A DNA stretch of 64,000 bases from Octopus vulgaris (lineage: Eukaryota). Each line of letters begins with the position of its first letter. Within the stretch, counting starts at the first letter, position 1. Under the pieces are notes generated by a model, which did not search any database, was not told the origin of the DNA, and saw only the letters and a program-made list of their open reading frames with translations. The DNA is taken from assembly GCA_951406725.2 (NCBI GenBank), contig OX597818.1:93682001-93746000 (forward strand). Direction: 5' to 3'. The position numbers and the translations under genes are program-made. Shown piece by piece: positions 49,330 to 62,562 of this stretch.

Positions 49330-49632
49330 GTGAGGTTGCATGGCCTAGTGGTTAAGGTATTGCACTTATGACCACAAGATTGTGGTTTCAGTTCCTAGAC
49401 CATGTGGTGTATTGAGTTCTTGAGCAAAACACTTCATCTCATGTTGCTCTGCAAGCAATTTGTTGCCTGACATGTGGCACACAGTGCACATGCTCAGATA
49501 ACATCAATTTGATGGAGATAGTGAGCTAATGTGCAGCACGAACATTTGATCACTATAAACAAATCATCTGTGCAGGTCATTTGGCAAAAAAAGTTGAACA
49601 CTCATATGTTGTCTTCAACAAGAGAGTCCATC
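49330..49632 (+). mobile_element. tRNA-derived SINE (family C-like head)
   Basis: gtgaggttgcatggcctagtggttaagg...gtttcagttcctagacc...ttcttgagcaaaacacttcat. Confidence 0.65.
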
Positions 49633-50924
49633 ATATATATATTAATACAGTTTTGAAAGCACCCAATGTGGGGTTTTCACCAGAAAGTTATTGTTTCAGT
49701 TATTGGACTGTAGCCACGCAGTGGATCTTAATGGCACTCCATCAGTTATGACAACTAGGATTCCAGTTGCTCTGATCAACGGAACAGCCTGCTCATGAAA
49801 TTAACCTGTATGGGCTGAGCACTCCACAGACATGTGTGCCTTTAACGTAGTTCTCGGGGAGATTCAGCGTGACTGTGTGACAAGGTTGGCCCTTTGAAAT
49901 ACAGGTACTATAATTTATATATATAAATAAACATGTCCATTGGCCTGAGTTTCCATGGCTTTGAAACTACAAAGTAATAGGTTACTACTGAATTGGCTTA
50001 AACCACTGTTACTCTGCATTTGTATGAGTATTTATAGTGCAAGTCATTACACAAGTTTGAGTGCATGCACAGACACACATATTTGCATGCCTGCATTCAT
50101 GATACAATACTGGGTGTGAGAATCAATATAACTTTGTTTTATAATTCTGTAAAGGAATTTTAATTGTGTCTAGGCCTTTGTGTATATATTTGCATACAAC
50201 CGATGTGTGTGTAATATACATACACACACTTAATTAGTTTTCATATAGCTTCCCTTTATCAATAAATATATTAGCATATAAATTATTTATTTTCGCTTGA
50301 TGATCACATATGTCAATTTAAGCACTATAGATCTTAAACATATGTATATACATAGGCCTGTCTTAATCACACACACACACCTGTCTGGGTCACCCCCCAC
50401 CCCCCGCATAGACTTCACTGTCCATATGCATCTCACACACTTACATAATATAGATCATGTATGCATACATCTATGTTGAGTAGCCTGAGACATACACATG
50501 CAAACGTTTGTGTAAACAATGTATACAAAGGAGATGCATGAAGTCATCAACAGAGTCAGACCACATGTCAGCTACTTGTGTAGTGCTAGAAGTGAAGTTG
50601 TTAGTAAAATATTTCACTAATGTAGTCACTAAGATTATATTTGTTGGGTGGAGTTATCTAATGAGTTGTATATAGCTGTGAGATGATGGGCAGAGGGGAT
50701 ATGTATGGCTTTGCCTGGTTTAATTACTTAACTTCCCTTCCCTCTGTCATATAAACTTAGTCTTTTACCTACTCAAAACTCTAGGCATACTCTCTTCTTC
50801 CACAATTTCCATTTCACACACAAATTGTGTCTCAAACGTAACTGCTTACATTAACATATTTCTGTTGAAATACACTGCCTTTTGAAACTAATGAAGAATT
50901 TAGTAAAAGAACTTTGTAGTTATT

Positions 50925-51004
50925 CTTTCCTGAGCGTCCAATAATACTATATTTGTTCCACATCCTCACGTTGTTGTGTTTTTTTGTGCTTTCTTGTTTG
51001 GATT
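50925..51004 (+). mobile_element. ~80-bp 5'-truncated retro-insertion with 15-bp TSD
   Basis: Direct repeat aactttgtagttatt at 50910-50924 and 51005-51019; insert is the near-identical reverse complement of ~7475-7555. Confidence 0.82.
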
Positions 51005-52057
51005 AACTTTGTAGTTATTAAACTGGTGTTAATTTAGATCACTTTAAGACTGAAAGTTTGTATCATAGAAGCATTGCAACTTGTACATTATTGTTGAGTG
51101 TCTCAATCTAGCACTGTTTTTCATGTTCTAGTTAAATGGCCTTCTCATCACCCAAAAAAATGTAGGTATTTTGAAGAAACTTTTTTTCTTAAACAAGATA
51201 TTTGGTCTGCCATTAACATCTTGATTATGAGTTGGGAACAGTACCTAGTTATCAATCAGGAAAACTAAGGTTGGCAGAACTATATACTTTGCCTATGATT
51301 ACAACAGTGACTGCTCTAACATGACCATATGGTGAGATTGAACTGACAGTTTTAAACTACTAACCTCCTGTATTCTTAGTCTAGTAGCTTGAATTTGGCC
51401 CTTTATGTATATGTGTGTGTGAATATTTATCACCAGCATTATTTTATATTTCTGTTTGTATAGTGTGCCCTCCCCTTTCTAGATCCCCACTCTTATCCAT
51501 TGTTATTTTGTAAACTAGTACAATGGTCATGTAAATAATTAGAACTTTCCTGGTATACTTTGAATATTAATTAAATATTGTAGATAATGCATGACATAGT
51601 TTGACAACTATTCAAGCTGTCATTCTGGCATAAACACACACAGACACCAAGAGTTGAACTCTTTATCTACACCAACTGTAGATATGGACTTGTGAATTTT
51701 GTGGAGGTGGGAAGAAGCCAAGTGAGACTTTTCTAATTGTGCTTTGACTGGTGTTTTCAATCATGATTAGAACTGTTGCCCTTATGTCATTCTAGTTTTT
51801 ATTTAGTTAGACACCCAGCTGTATACATGAAAGGGGAGAGAACTGAAGTCATATTAACCAATCCCTGGCGATCTCTGTTTGTGAACACCTACTCCATATC
51901 ATTAAAATTACATAATGATGATTGGCCTTCCTCTTCAGAGCCAGAAAATACTTCAACCCTTAATGATTACTACTGCAAAGCTTAGGTGAAACCCACAGTG
52001 TAATAATTCTTCCACATATGGGATGGTACTGCTTACTTGCATGCACACACCCTTGAC

Positions 52058-52203
52058 CAGGTGTGGGCAACCTTTTATGAGAAGCATGTTGTATGCAATA
52101 TAGCTCCTTGTCACATTGGCTGCACTGCTAAAACAATCTCAAGGTAATTTCTCATTGGACATGCCATTCAAAAAGTTCTGTGGGCCACACTTTGCCCATG
52201 ACT
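52058..52203. mobile_element. Degenerate hAT MITE
   Basis: caggtgtgggcaacct ... gtgggccacactttgcccatgact; left end resembles the TIR of the 18710 element. Confidence 0.55.
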
Positions 52204-53516
52204 CCTAGATCCCTGCATCCAAAGTAAAAGCCTCTTGTTTGATTGTCATGAAGTCCTCACAGTCACAATGCAATATCTGGTTCAGATATGTTTTCTCTTA
52301 TCCTCCCCTTTCTCTTCTGCCTCTTGTTTGGTTCCATACCTCTTCCACTGAATGCATTGTTGTTGCTCATATTGTGTACCCTTGTTTAAGACCTTGCCCT
52401 AGCTGTTAAACTCGGTTCTTTCTCTCCAGAATGTTGGCCCTTCAAGAGGAATATTAACCCTGTCTGTTTCACTTGTCTCAGAAGGCTGGCAAAGGCTACA
52501 AGCATAGCCATGTATATCTCGTGTCAATAACCTGTCAGACAGCATTTGCTTAACAGCATTTTTTTTCTTCCTTTTTCTCTTTGTTGTCTACCAGTCTTGC
52601 CAGCTGTAGTCTCTTATAGTCTCTTACTCTTGCTTAGGTATATATATATATTATATATTTTTTTTTTTTTTTTTTTTTTTTTGTCAAAGCAGAAGGGGCA
52701 TTATTGACAATCTTTGAAGAGAAATACACACTGGCTAGAACGTGTTGCTTTTGTTCTACTTTTCAATCCTCTGTCTCCATTCTAAAATCTCAATTACCCC
52801 CATCAACCCCTGTTTATGCATTCCTAACAAACAAATACTTTAGAAATTACTTAATTTTTCTCCTTTGAAAAAGAAACAACAGAAATTTCTGGTAGCCCCT
52901 TAAGGGACAGGGCTTAACCCTAGTTTTATTTCCTTCAGACAGAGGCAAGATAAATCACCACAGATAGTTCAGAATACTAACATATTTTAGCATTGTACAA
53001 ACATAATTAAATGCCTGCAGCTGATTTGGAATTTGCAATCATGAATTATTAGTAAATATATTAATCTCCACTTATAATATTTATACCTACTTCATGATTT
53101 TAAGTAAAGTAATCGTGAGAATATTAAGTTGGAGCTAAGAACTCTTCTTTAAGGGCTTGGTTGGGCTACTGGAGACTTTTAGTGTTTTGGATGAAGATCA
53201 GGTATTTTTTAAGCTATTGTTTCTTAGGGATGCATAGATAGGGGTGGTAGGGTACTGTGTACACACGCGCATGCACTCATTCACTCCTATATTATCATAG
53301 CTTTTTTTTTTATTTGGGAAATTGATGTCGCTGCCTTTGTATATTCCTTTTGCACAGTAATGTGTCCAGGTGTTGGTACTTTACACAGTAGCATGTTCCA
53401 AGTGTTTAGATTTGACATCTCCATGCAAATCTCTTGTTTTATGGGCATAACTGCATGGTTCTGAAGTTTGCTTCTCAACCATGTGGTCTCAGGTTCAGTT
53501 CCACTTATGCAGTACC

Positions 53517-53739
53517 TTAACCATTTTGTTACCAACCCGACTGAAACTGGCTCTGAGTACAAATGTCTTGTTTTCATAAGTTTTGAATTAAAATCTTCCA
53601 CCAAACCTTAGTCACAATTTATGTTCCTAACTTTAGCTGATTGATAACTAAGATATTTTACTAAATTCTTTGTTATATTTAAAGTAATTGAAAGAAACAC
53701 AGAGCATCTCAAAATAAATACAGTTAATGAAAGAGTTAA
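53517..53739. mobile_element. TTAA-flanked (piggyBac-like) MITE inserted in a family A SINE
   Basis: ttaa|ccattttgttacca ... taatgaaagag|ttaa; SINE sequence resumes on both sides (~53440-53516 and 53740-54090). Sister copy at 57824-58032. Confidence 0.72.
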
Positions 53740-54337
53740 GTGGTTGTCTTCTACTCTAGCCCCAGGCTGACCAAAACCTTGTGAGTGAGTTTGGTAGATA
53801 GAAACTGAAGAAACCCATCAAGTGTGTGTGTGTTTGTGTATGTACTCTATTTCTGATATCACATGACAGTTGTAAATAAGCCTCACCATCATTCAAGCAG
53901 TGTTTCCAGTCTTGTGTGTGTTTGTCCCCCACCACTGCTTGTTAACAGGTGTTGGTGTATTTACATCCCCATAACTTAGTGTTTCAACAAAAGAGACCAA
54001 TAGAATAAGTTCTGGGGTTGATTAGTCTAACTAAAATTCCTCAAAGTGGTGCACCAGTATGGTTGCTGTCTAATGACTGAAACAAGTAAAAAATAAAAGA
54101 AAGATAACAAAAAGTTATAATCTAGAATGATAATGGAAAGTTTTAATTGCAATTTAACCAAATTAAGGTTAAAAAGCTAAGGGCTGTAGCAAAAATGTTA
54201 ATGTACCAGATATGTACTAGTAGTTAATTTAATGGTTGTAGAATCTTCTACTCTGTACCTTCCACTTTCACTTCCATTCTATGTCTGACATTCTTTCAGC
54301 CTTTTTCTATTTGGTTCTTAATATTTTTATTTTATTA

Positions 54338-54555
54338 AGGCAGCAAGTTGGCAGAAACGTGAGCACACCAGGCGAAATGCTTAGCAGTATTCCGTCTGTC
54401 TTTACGTTCAGAGTTTGAATTCTATTGAGGTTCGACTTTGCCTCTCATCCTTTTGAGGTCAATAAATTAAGTACCAGTTGCATACTGGAGTCAATCTAAT
54501 CGACTGGCCCCCTCCCCAAAAATTTTGAGCCTTGTGCCTAGACTAGAAAGGAATA
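54338..54555 (+). mobile_element. tRNA-derived SINE, family B
   Basis: aggcagcaagttggcagaaacgtgagcacaccaggcgaaatgcttagc... aligns with 27968-28140. Confidence 0.8.
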
Positions 54556-57500
54556 TTTCTTATTTTATTTCAGTTACCATTATATTAATAGACTTTTATT
54601 TTCTAGATATGGATTTTCTTTCCTTAGGTACACATGCACACATTTGCATTTACAAATACTAACAGAGTGATCCATATATGTTGCAAACTTACTCTCTAAA
54701 AATCTACAGCGTTGCATATGCTCATGAAATTCCAAGTAGCCAGACAATAAATAATCTTTAAATTGTGTGTCCAACCTATGCCAGCATAGAACATGGATGA
54801 GAAAGGAGATATATATATATGCATGCATGCATATACACACATGCATACCCACCAATAAGATAACTACAAAGTACCCATGCACCCAAAGTATAGACACATA
54901 CAAGACAACCTTGCCTGATGATTACAGCTGCTCTCCACAAATCTGTAATTCAAACTACCACATGTGCTCAAGTGCACACATACTTCTATAGACTACTTTT
55001 TTTTTTTTGTAAAACACATGAGCCTGTATGCATGCACACACACACAAATATGTGTGTATCTTTGATCATAAAGTAGTCATTAGTCTTGAGATTCTCACTA
55101 TTCAGTTTTTGTGTTGAAGGTGAGATTTTCATTGAAAGTTTATTGACCTTAAGTATTGACTTTTATTTCTCTAACAAACTGTATTAGAGAAAAAGAGTAA
55201 GTGTGTTTCTTTTTACATTTTAGCTAATTAGTTATCTCTTCTACTGAACATATCTTTTAGTGTTGCCTTGTATTTATAAATTTCCTTCAGGCCATTCTAG
55301 GTTATTTCTGTAGTGACAGTCATCATAGATAATTGTTCCTCAACTCATAATAACTTTTATGTATCCAGATTGATAAGAGTTGCTTAAGTACAAGAAATTG
55401 GAGTCAAATCTCTTTCAAATCACATCCTACCATTTTAAATAAAGGCTGCATTAGACAGTATTGTCACTGATATGCAGAAAGATTGAATGATGCTTACTAG
55501 TTATGTGGTTTCCAGTTCATTCCCACTGTGTTGCACCTTGGCCAACCAAAGCCGTGTGTGTGGATCTGGTTGACAGAAACTGAAAGAAGTCTGATGTATA
55601 TATGTGTGTATCCTTATTTAGACATCCTGTGTTGGTTGTAAATGGGTGTCATCATACAAATGAGGTTGTCCATTTTCAGTCTTCTCTGATTAACTTGTCT
55701 GACTCTCACTTGGAAACAGGTGAGGGTTGATGACAGGAAAAAAGTCCAACTGCAGAAAATCTGCCTCTCAAAATGTCTGACCCAAGCTAGAATAGGAATG
55801 TGAACATTAAATGATGTTGATGTTGAATGATTATGCACTATCATTTCCAACCATGTCTATTGCCATAAATTATGAATTTTTATCTGTTCACCAATGCTCT
55901 GTCTTACACCAGTTCCATTATATCATTTCCCATGCAGCTCTCATGGTGTAATTCCAGATTCAGTCTTGGTGAAAACTTTTGCTCACAGTTTAGGATCTGT
56001 AAGAGAGAGTTGAAACTTGGAAGTGAGGATTTGGAATTGTTTTGGTATTTCTGTCAATGTAATGGTATTGCCACTAACTACTGAGATAATTATGTAGTTC
56101 ATAGTTCCATGGAGTATAACTGTCAGTTCATTAATTTTATATCTGTTTTCCATGTTAGTATGGGTTATAAGAATATATTATTAGGCCATTGTTTTACAGC
56201 TGGATGCCCTTCCTGTTGATAACCCTTACCTGCTTTTCAAGTAAGGGATCTCTATTTTAGATGTCTTTGAAGGCACAAAGCAAGCAGATGGTTTTATTGG
56301 CAAAAGACACTGGAAGCTTGTAGCTTGTGAATGCAAATATAAACCAACACACACACACAATTATGGGCTTCTTTCACTTTCTGTCTACCAAACTCACTAT
56401 ACTTTGATCAGCCCAGGATTATAGTAGATGATACTTGTCCAAGGTACTACATGGTGGGACTGAACCTGAAACCAGGCCTGCATAGTATCTTATTTGTCAA
56501 TGTAACTATTGACTCTACCTTCACAGTATAACTTGAGCAGTAACAAACCAAATGAGTCTGCATGCACCTATAGAATTTGCAAGAAATAATAGCCAAATCT
56601 CCCTCAAATTGCACCCTAATATCTTGAATGTGGAAGGATATAATAATGTAGTCCAAAATGTGCAACAACTGAGATAAAGATGGGATGGTCCTGGCCAGAA
56701 CACTTTTGACTATTGGCCTGTTCAGTGAAGGCTGATTTGGAGTAGCAGCAGTGATTTCTATTACTGGTTGATACAGGCTCTTGTTCAGATCCAACAAGTA
56801 TATGTGAGACATCTTTCTGAATAAGAAACCTTGCCCGCATGCCAACTTTGAAGCTTTTCTTCATATCTAAACAAGAGGGCAGGTTAGACTCCTTATGAGT
56901 TGTATGTTATTGTTGCTCTCAGATTTCTCTGTCAGATGTAATGCTTATTTACACATATTGTTTTGAATTAATTGTAGCTACAAGATTTTGATGATGTGAT
57001 TGTTTATTTTTACAATGACATTGTAGGATAGGTGTCAGAGGCCAGATATGGCCAGCTTAAATGCAAAAGGGGTTAAATCCAGGCCAGACTGATGATCAAA
57101 GATATTCCAGCCATGACTTTTTTTTTATTGAAAACCCTATTCAATATATTTATTTAAGAATGGTTTTATGATTTGAAGATTTGACTGCTATTTCTGGTAA
57201 ACCATGTGATCATAAAGAGACCTGTCTCTCCTAGATTCGATTAGTTGTATGCCTGGAGGTAAATATCCCTATCTTTACATAATTCAACCATCACCTTTCA
57301 TTCCATTGTCTTTGTATGTTGCTTACCCCAGTACTCTTTTCAGGTTTACATCCCATCTATAGTTGATCCAGTGTTTACCTAGAGTATTTACTGTAAAATC
57401 AATATAAATACAAAGACCCCACTCTCTACTTTGGCTGTTTACCTGGATATTCTATCTATGGCATCAACAATATGTTAGTACACTCACTATTTGTGTACTC

Positions 57501-57823
57501 AGTATAATAATAGCATAATGGAATTAGCTTTCTTTCTGCTACTAATTTCTTTGTTTTCCGGTACTCTCTGGCAACATTACCAATAAACATTTAGACTATT
57601 AGTCATTATTCCACATTGTCCTTGTTCCACTCTCTTACACAGGAACCAAACGATTAACAACTTCTGTCACTACCACCACCACACCTTCCTACTGTCTCCA
57701 TTAATTTACTTAACATTCTTTTTCTAAAATAAAATAAAAAAGAATTATTTAAGTATGAAGTGACCAACTCAGTAAAGCTACCAGACTACTATCTCAGGTG
57801 ACTTATATTTCTGCTCAAGATAC

Positions 57824-58032
57824 TTAACTGTTTTGATACCAGCCTAGCTGAAACTGCCTCCAGCTCTGTAGTACAAATGTCTTGTTTTCAAAAGTCTGGA
57901 TTAAAATTTTCTACCAAACCTTAGTCACAATTTATGTTTCTAACACTAGCTTAATGATAACTAAGTTATTTTACTAAATTCTTTGTTATATTTAAAATTA
58001 ATTGAAAGAAACACAGAGTACCCCAACAAAAA
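57824..58032. mobile_element. TTAA-flanked (piggyBac-like) MITE
   Basis: ttaactgttttgatacca ... tggtaacaaaagggttaa; high similarity to 53517-53739. Confidence 0.72.
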
Positions 58033-60019
58033 TATGGTAACAAAAGGGTTAATTCAGTGTGCTTCAATTTATCTTTTAGGGGATATTAAATGCAATAGAC
58101 TAGTGTTCTATTCATATGGTGTGTGGTTCATTAGTGCAATGTTACACAACTTAGAGACAAATTGCCCTATGGTAGAAGTAACATTATTGCTTTGGTAAAG
58201 TATTGGACCACCATTTGCTCATGGATTGTAAATTCAAATGAATTCCAGGTATTGTGTTGTGTTTCTGAAGCAGTACACTTCAGTCTACATAATTAGTTGT
58301 CAGTAATAGATTCTTGATAATTTGCAGATGTTATCTGTGATAGACTATCCAGAGAGAGATTAACCTTATCCATTTTGTATCTTAATGCCAAAACCAAAGC
58401 ACCCTCCCTTAATCCTTTTATTACCACATTTCTATTGAAATATGCTGCCTTTTCTCAATTAATTTTTAAAATGAAGAATTTTGAAAAGTAACTTACATTT
58501 TTAAGCTGATGTTCTGGCTCCTTAAGTTTTGATTTCAAATTCCACTGAGGTCAACTTAGCCTTTCATTCGTCTATGGTCAATAAAATAAAATAGCAGTCA
58601 AACATGGGTTGATGGTGTGAACTAAACTCCTCCCCCTCCAAATTGCTGCCCTTGTGCCTAAATAAGAAACCATTATTAAGCTGGTTTTTGGAACATAAAT
58701 TACCATGAAATTTTAATGGTTTGTGCTAATCTAGAACACTTTAAAACAGGAAGGTTTATATCAAAGAACCAGGTACTAACTCAGACTGTTTGGTATCAAA
58801 AGCTTTTAAAAGAGCTCTTTCTCCAGGGCACATACAATATTGGTTTTTTTTTGGGGGGGGGGTTCTTTTTTCCCAGTTGTCCTGGGAATAGTTTTATGTT
58901 AAAACTGATCAGATCTGGCCTCTCACACCTACCCTTTGGAAATTATGAACCCAAGTTCTCTGTAAAATCTCTTCTCCCCACTGCCATATAATTTACTATT
59001 TGTTGTTTTGTTGTGACTTCACTGATGGTTGATCATGACATTGAGTACTTCTTAACACAAAAAAAAAATCCAATAAAGTTGAAAAAATAATTTAAGATGG
59101 ATTTTCTAAATTTATATTGGCATCCTAAGTGTTTAATGTGATTTGCATGCTCAAAAAAAATGACTCTTATTATTACAATGTTTATTAATGGCATTTCCAG
59201 CTAGATATTTTTCTATGATTGTGCCTATATTGCTACCACCCCCACCTCTGAAAAATTATTCAGAACAGCTGCTGAAATGGCTTTTTGTTCTCTATTCTCT
59301 CTGTAACAGTTACTTCAAAACAGGAAGTTTATATCATACAGCCAAGGTCAGTTACAGGTGTGTTGATCTGAAAATAGTTTGGCAATTTATTGTGTTATTG
59401 ACTCAGTTGAACTTGACTACTTTGTGACATACAAAGTTTATGAGGCAAGGAAGGCATGTAGTCTCTTGCTATGAAGAATACTGGCAAAAAAAAAACTTTT
59501 AAATTTCAAACAACTGTTGCCAGTGTTTGGATTCTAAGGGAGTTGATTGAGAAAGAATGGGAAGTTTTCTGGTGTGTAGAATTCTGTCCATATTGGAGTT
59601 GCTGAATAAACTGTTTCAAGAAGCTACAAGTTTTATATGTTAATGACTTTATTCAACAACTAATGATATAGCCTAACGTCCACCTTAAATTTCTCCATGT
59701 GCTAAATTACATGTTAAGCACTTAAGCATTTAAACCAGCCATATCCAACTCAAATATTCTACCTGTTTTATGTTAAAACTGATCAGATCTGGCCTCTCAC
59801 ACCTACCCTTCAGTGTCATTCACAAAATAAGCGAGCACATCATCAAAGTCTTGAAGCTCTGAGATTTTGCATGATTAATTCAAAATACTAAATAAATATT
59901 GTATCTGATAGAGTAATCTGAATGCTGAAGGGTTAAAGAATACAGTGTCTCAGAAAGAAATTTCAAAGTTTAATTTGCTGTGTGAGCTACAGTTGCATCT
60001 CAACTATGAAAAGCATATT

Positions 60020-60377
60020 GCACTTCCAAATTATCTACCAAGCAAAAATTAAGCACTTCAACCACAGCCCAAGAAAGTGCATCAATAACCGAATATGAGT
60101 GACTGGAGGTAAATTCCTGACCTGCTATCATGGTAATCTCTCCGACTTCAGAAACACTAAAAAACAGCCTGTGACCAAGCTCTCCAGTTACATTTGCTGT
60201 AAGAAGTGGCATCTAATTTATATAAAGTTGAATATAGAAAACTCAAGGACAGAAGCAAAAAAAAAATTTAATTTCTGTATAACTGAAAAAAAGATTAATA
60301 TTGAAGCACAGGAGAGGGAACTAGATTTCTTCCTTAATTTAGAATCAGAAGTCCTTGGAAAATGTAGACACAAGTGA
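60020..60377 (+). pseudogene. Penelope-like GIY-YIG endonuclease C-terminal relic
   Basis: IYQAKI..., TGGKFLTCYHGNLSDFRNTKKQPVTKLSSYI...FNFCITEK...FLNLESEVLGKCRHK* follows the Penelope EN pattern (F..RY..H...F...T.LS.YIW...C.LC..EK...LN...E....CRH). Confidence 0.72.
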
Positions 60378-60774
60378 AAATTCATTCTAAGATCTTGAGT
60401 AGTACTTTTACTACTAAACTCATTGGTACACCTAGGCACCTTTGTACCAATTCTGCTACCCCTGCATCAGAGTTAAGCTTTTAATACCTTCAACCCCTCC
60501 CCACACGCATGCACACAAACACACACAATCCAGAACTTGAGCACTCCACTCAATATTCTTTCATACCTAAGTTAAATTATATATCCTTTGGTTTATTTAT
60601 ATATAGATTTGTGACTGTTCCATGGCACTGAAGTATTTTTGACTTCTATTTTTAGTGATGCAGGTACTTTTGTAGTACCCTCGTGTGTGTGTGTGTATAT
60701 ATATAAGGTGTATATCTTCTATTTTATGTATATATTTTATTCAACAACTAATGATTAGTAATCACATCATCAAA

Positions 60775-61516
60775 GTCTTGCATTTCATCTAGCCACCTTA
60801 ATTATTATAATTTTCACTGTACAGCTGGTATTTTAATAGTACCATCATTCTTATATTTATTTATAAATATATAGATAGGTAGATACAGAAAATAATAAGG
60901 TAGCTAGACTCAATTCAAAGCCAAAAAGGAGATAATTCACCATCACTAAACAGTGATAAAGTGTGCAGGGGTCACCAATATGGCTAGAAATAAGAATGAA
61001 AACTTTTTAGCCACAGAAAGCACATTTTTTTTTTATTAACTGACAGGGGAGACAACCTCTCCACCATAATTGAGTAGCATTCGATTGGCATGCCAATTTT
61101 GCATGAAATTTGATGGTAATGTGAAAATTATAAAATAATTAAGGTGGCTAGATGCAATTCAAAATCAAAAGAAATAATTCACTGTCACTAAACAATGGAG
61201 TAAACATCTAGACATTTTAATTATTTTATAATTTTCACATTACCATTTTGTGGAATCAGCCACTGATTCCTATGGTAAAATCTATATATACTGACAGAGT
61301 AGAATTTAACTTAACCACCTTCAATGCCACAATGAAGTGAGTATTACTGGTGGGCATTAAATTTCATGCGAAATTGGCACTCTAATGCCACTCAATTGTG
61401 GTGGGGTGGGGGTGTTGTCTCTCCTGTCAGTAAACAGAAAATGTGCTTCCTGTAGCTAAAGAGTTCTTTGACTCTTATTTCAAGCACCCTTTGTCACTGT
61501 TTAGTGATGGTGAATT
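60775..61516. repeat. Complex inverted-repeat (fold-back) element
   Basis: 60934-61115 is the imperfect reverse complement of 61355-61516; 60778-60820 is the reverse complement of ~61118-61157, with a further partial copy near 61205-61245. Confidence 0.7.
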
Positions 61517-62436
61517 AAAGATATATATGTGAAAAACTGGAAAAATTTGGTATACTTTTTTATAACATTCACCAGAAATTTCAAATTTATGTATGCCTAA
61601 TTCAAATGAAACCTCTATACATATGATAAATTTAATTACTGTGAACATGATGTGCTTCATGAGGACACAGCTTGGATTATAGCCCCTTGCACACACACAC
61701 ACACATGTAATATATATATGTATCCATTCTCTTATCCATCCGTTTTAACTAGCCAACCTCTGTATCTGGTGTTCCTTCGGTTAGCATTCTCAGTCCGTCT
61801 CCTTCCTTTGTTGTTGTCTTTAGTCCTCCTCTTCATCTTTATCTTTCTTTTTCTCTAGCAAATATTCTGCAGTGAAGGAAAGTAATTTCCTCAAATGAGG
61901 TAATTCAAAAATATTTAAATCTAGATATGTGATCTTGTTAACCTTAGACATAACAAACAAATAGATATATTTACGTGTGGCTATAACACAGATGAGTTAT
62001 GGAAAAAGTATTTGATATTCTCTTTTGCTTCTCTTACATGTAATTAATTTGTGGTTGCATTCTGGCTTAATTAAAATGTGCTATCGCTGTTCTACATTCA
62101 TTTATCTACGCTTGTGTGAATAGGATAGCTTTTGTTAATTTGAATTTAAACATTGGGAAAATTGTTCTTAGAGACAAAATGTGTAGTAAAAGAAAATTCT
62201 TAATAATGAAGGTGGTGTTCTGGCATGGCCTTAACTGTGATAAACAAGAGGTAAAATTGTCATTTTCCCATCAAACAGCTCACCTTAAACCTGGGTTGCT
62301 CTGCACTGTCGGGATTAGTTTTCAGCGTTTTCTCTTCTGTGATGTTTACTGCAATAAAACATTTTTTTGACTTTTATTTTCAATGTTTTCTTTCTTTTTA
62401 ACCAACAATTTTTTTCTCTTTCTCTTTCATTGACAG

Positions 62437-62562
62437 CAGGTCGAAGAGGGGCTGGATCACGTCCCTCGAGTGACGATGAAATTGACACACCTGATAACCA
62501 AAGCGTTGTCAGTTCCATATCAGATGATGGTTACTTCCATCCCATTGCTGAAGAAGGACACG
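62437..62562 (+). CDS. IFRD1: IFRD1/2-like gene, coding exon 2
   Basis: Long polypyrimidine tract then gacAG|cAG| acceptor. Encodes (T)GRRGAGSRPSSDDEIDTPDNQSVVSSISDDGYFHPIAEEGH; donor G|GTAATT at 62563; phase 1-1. The SDDE..DN.SV.S..SD pattern resembles IFRD N-termini. Confidence 0.68.
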
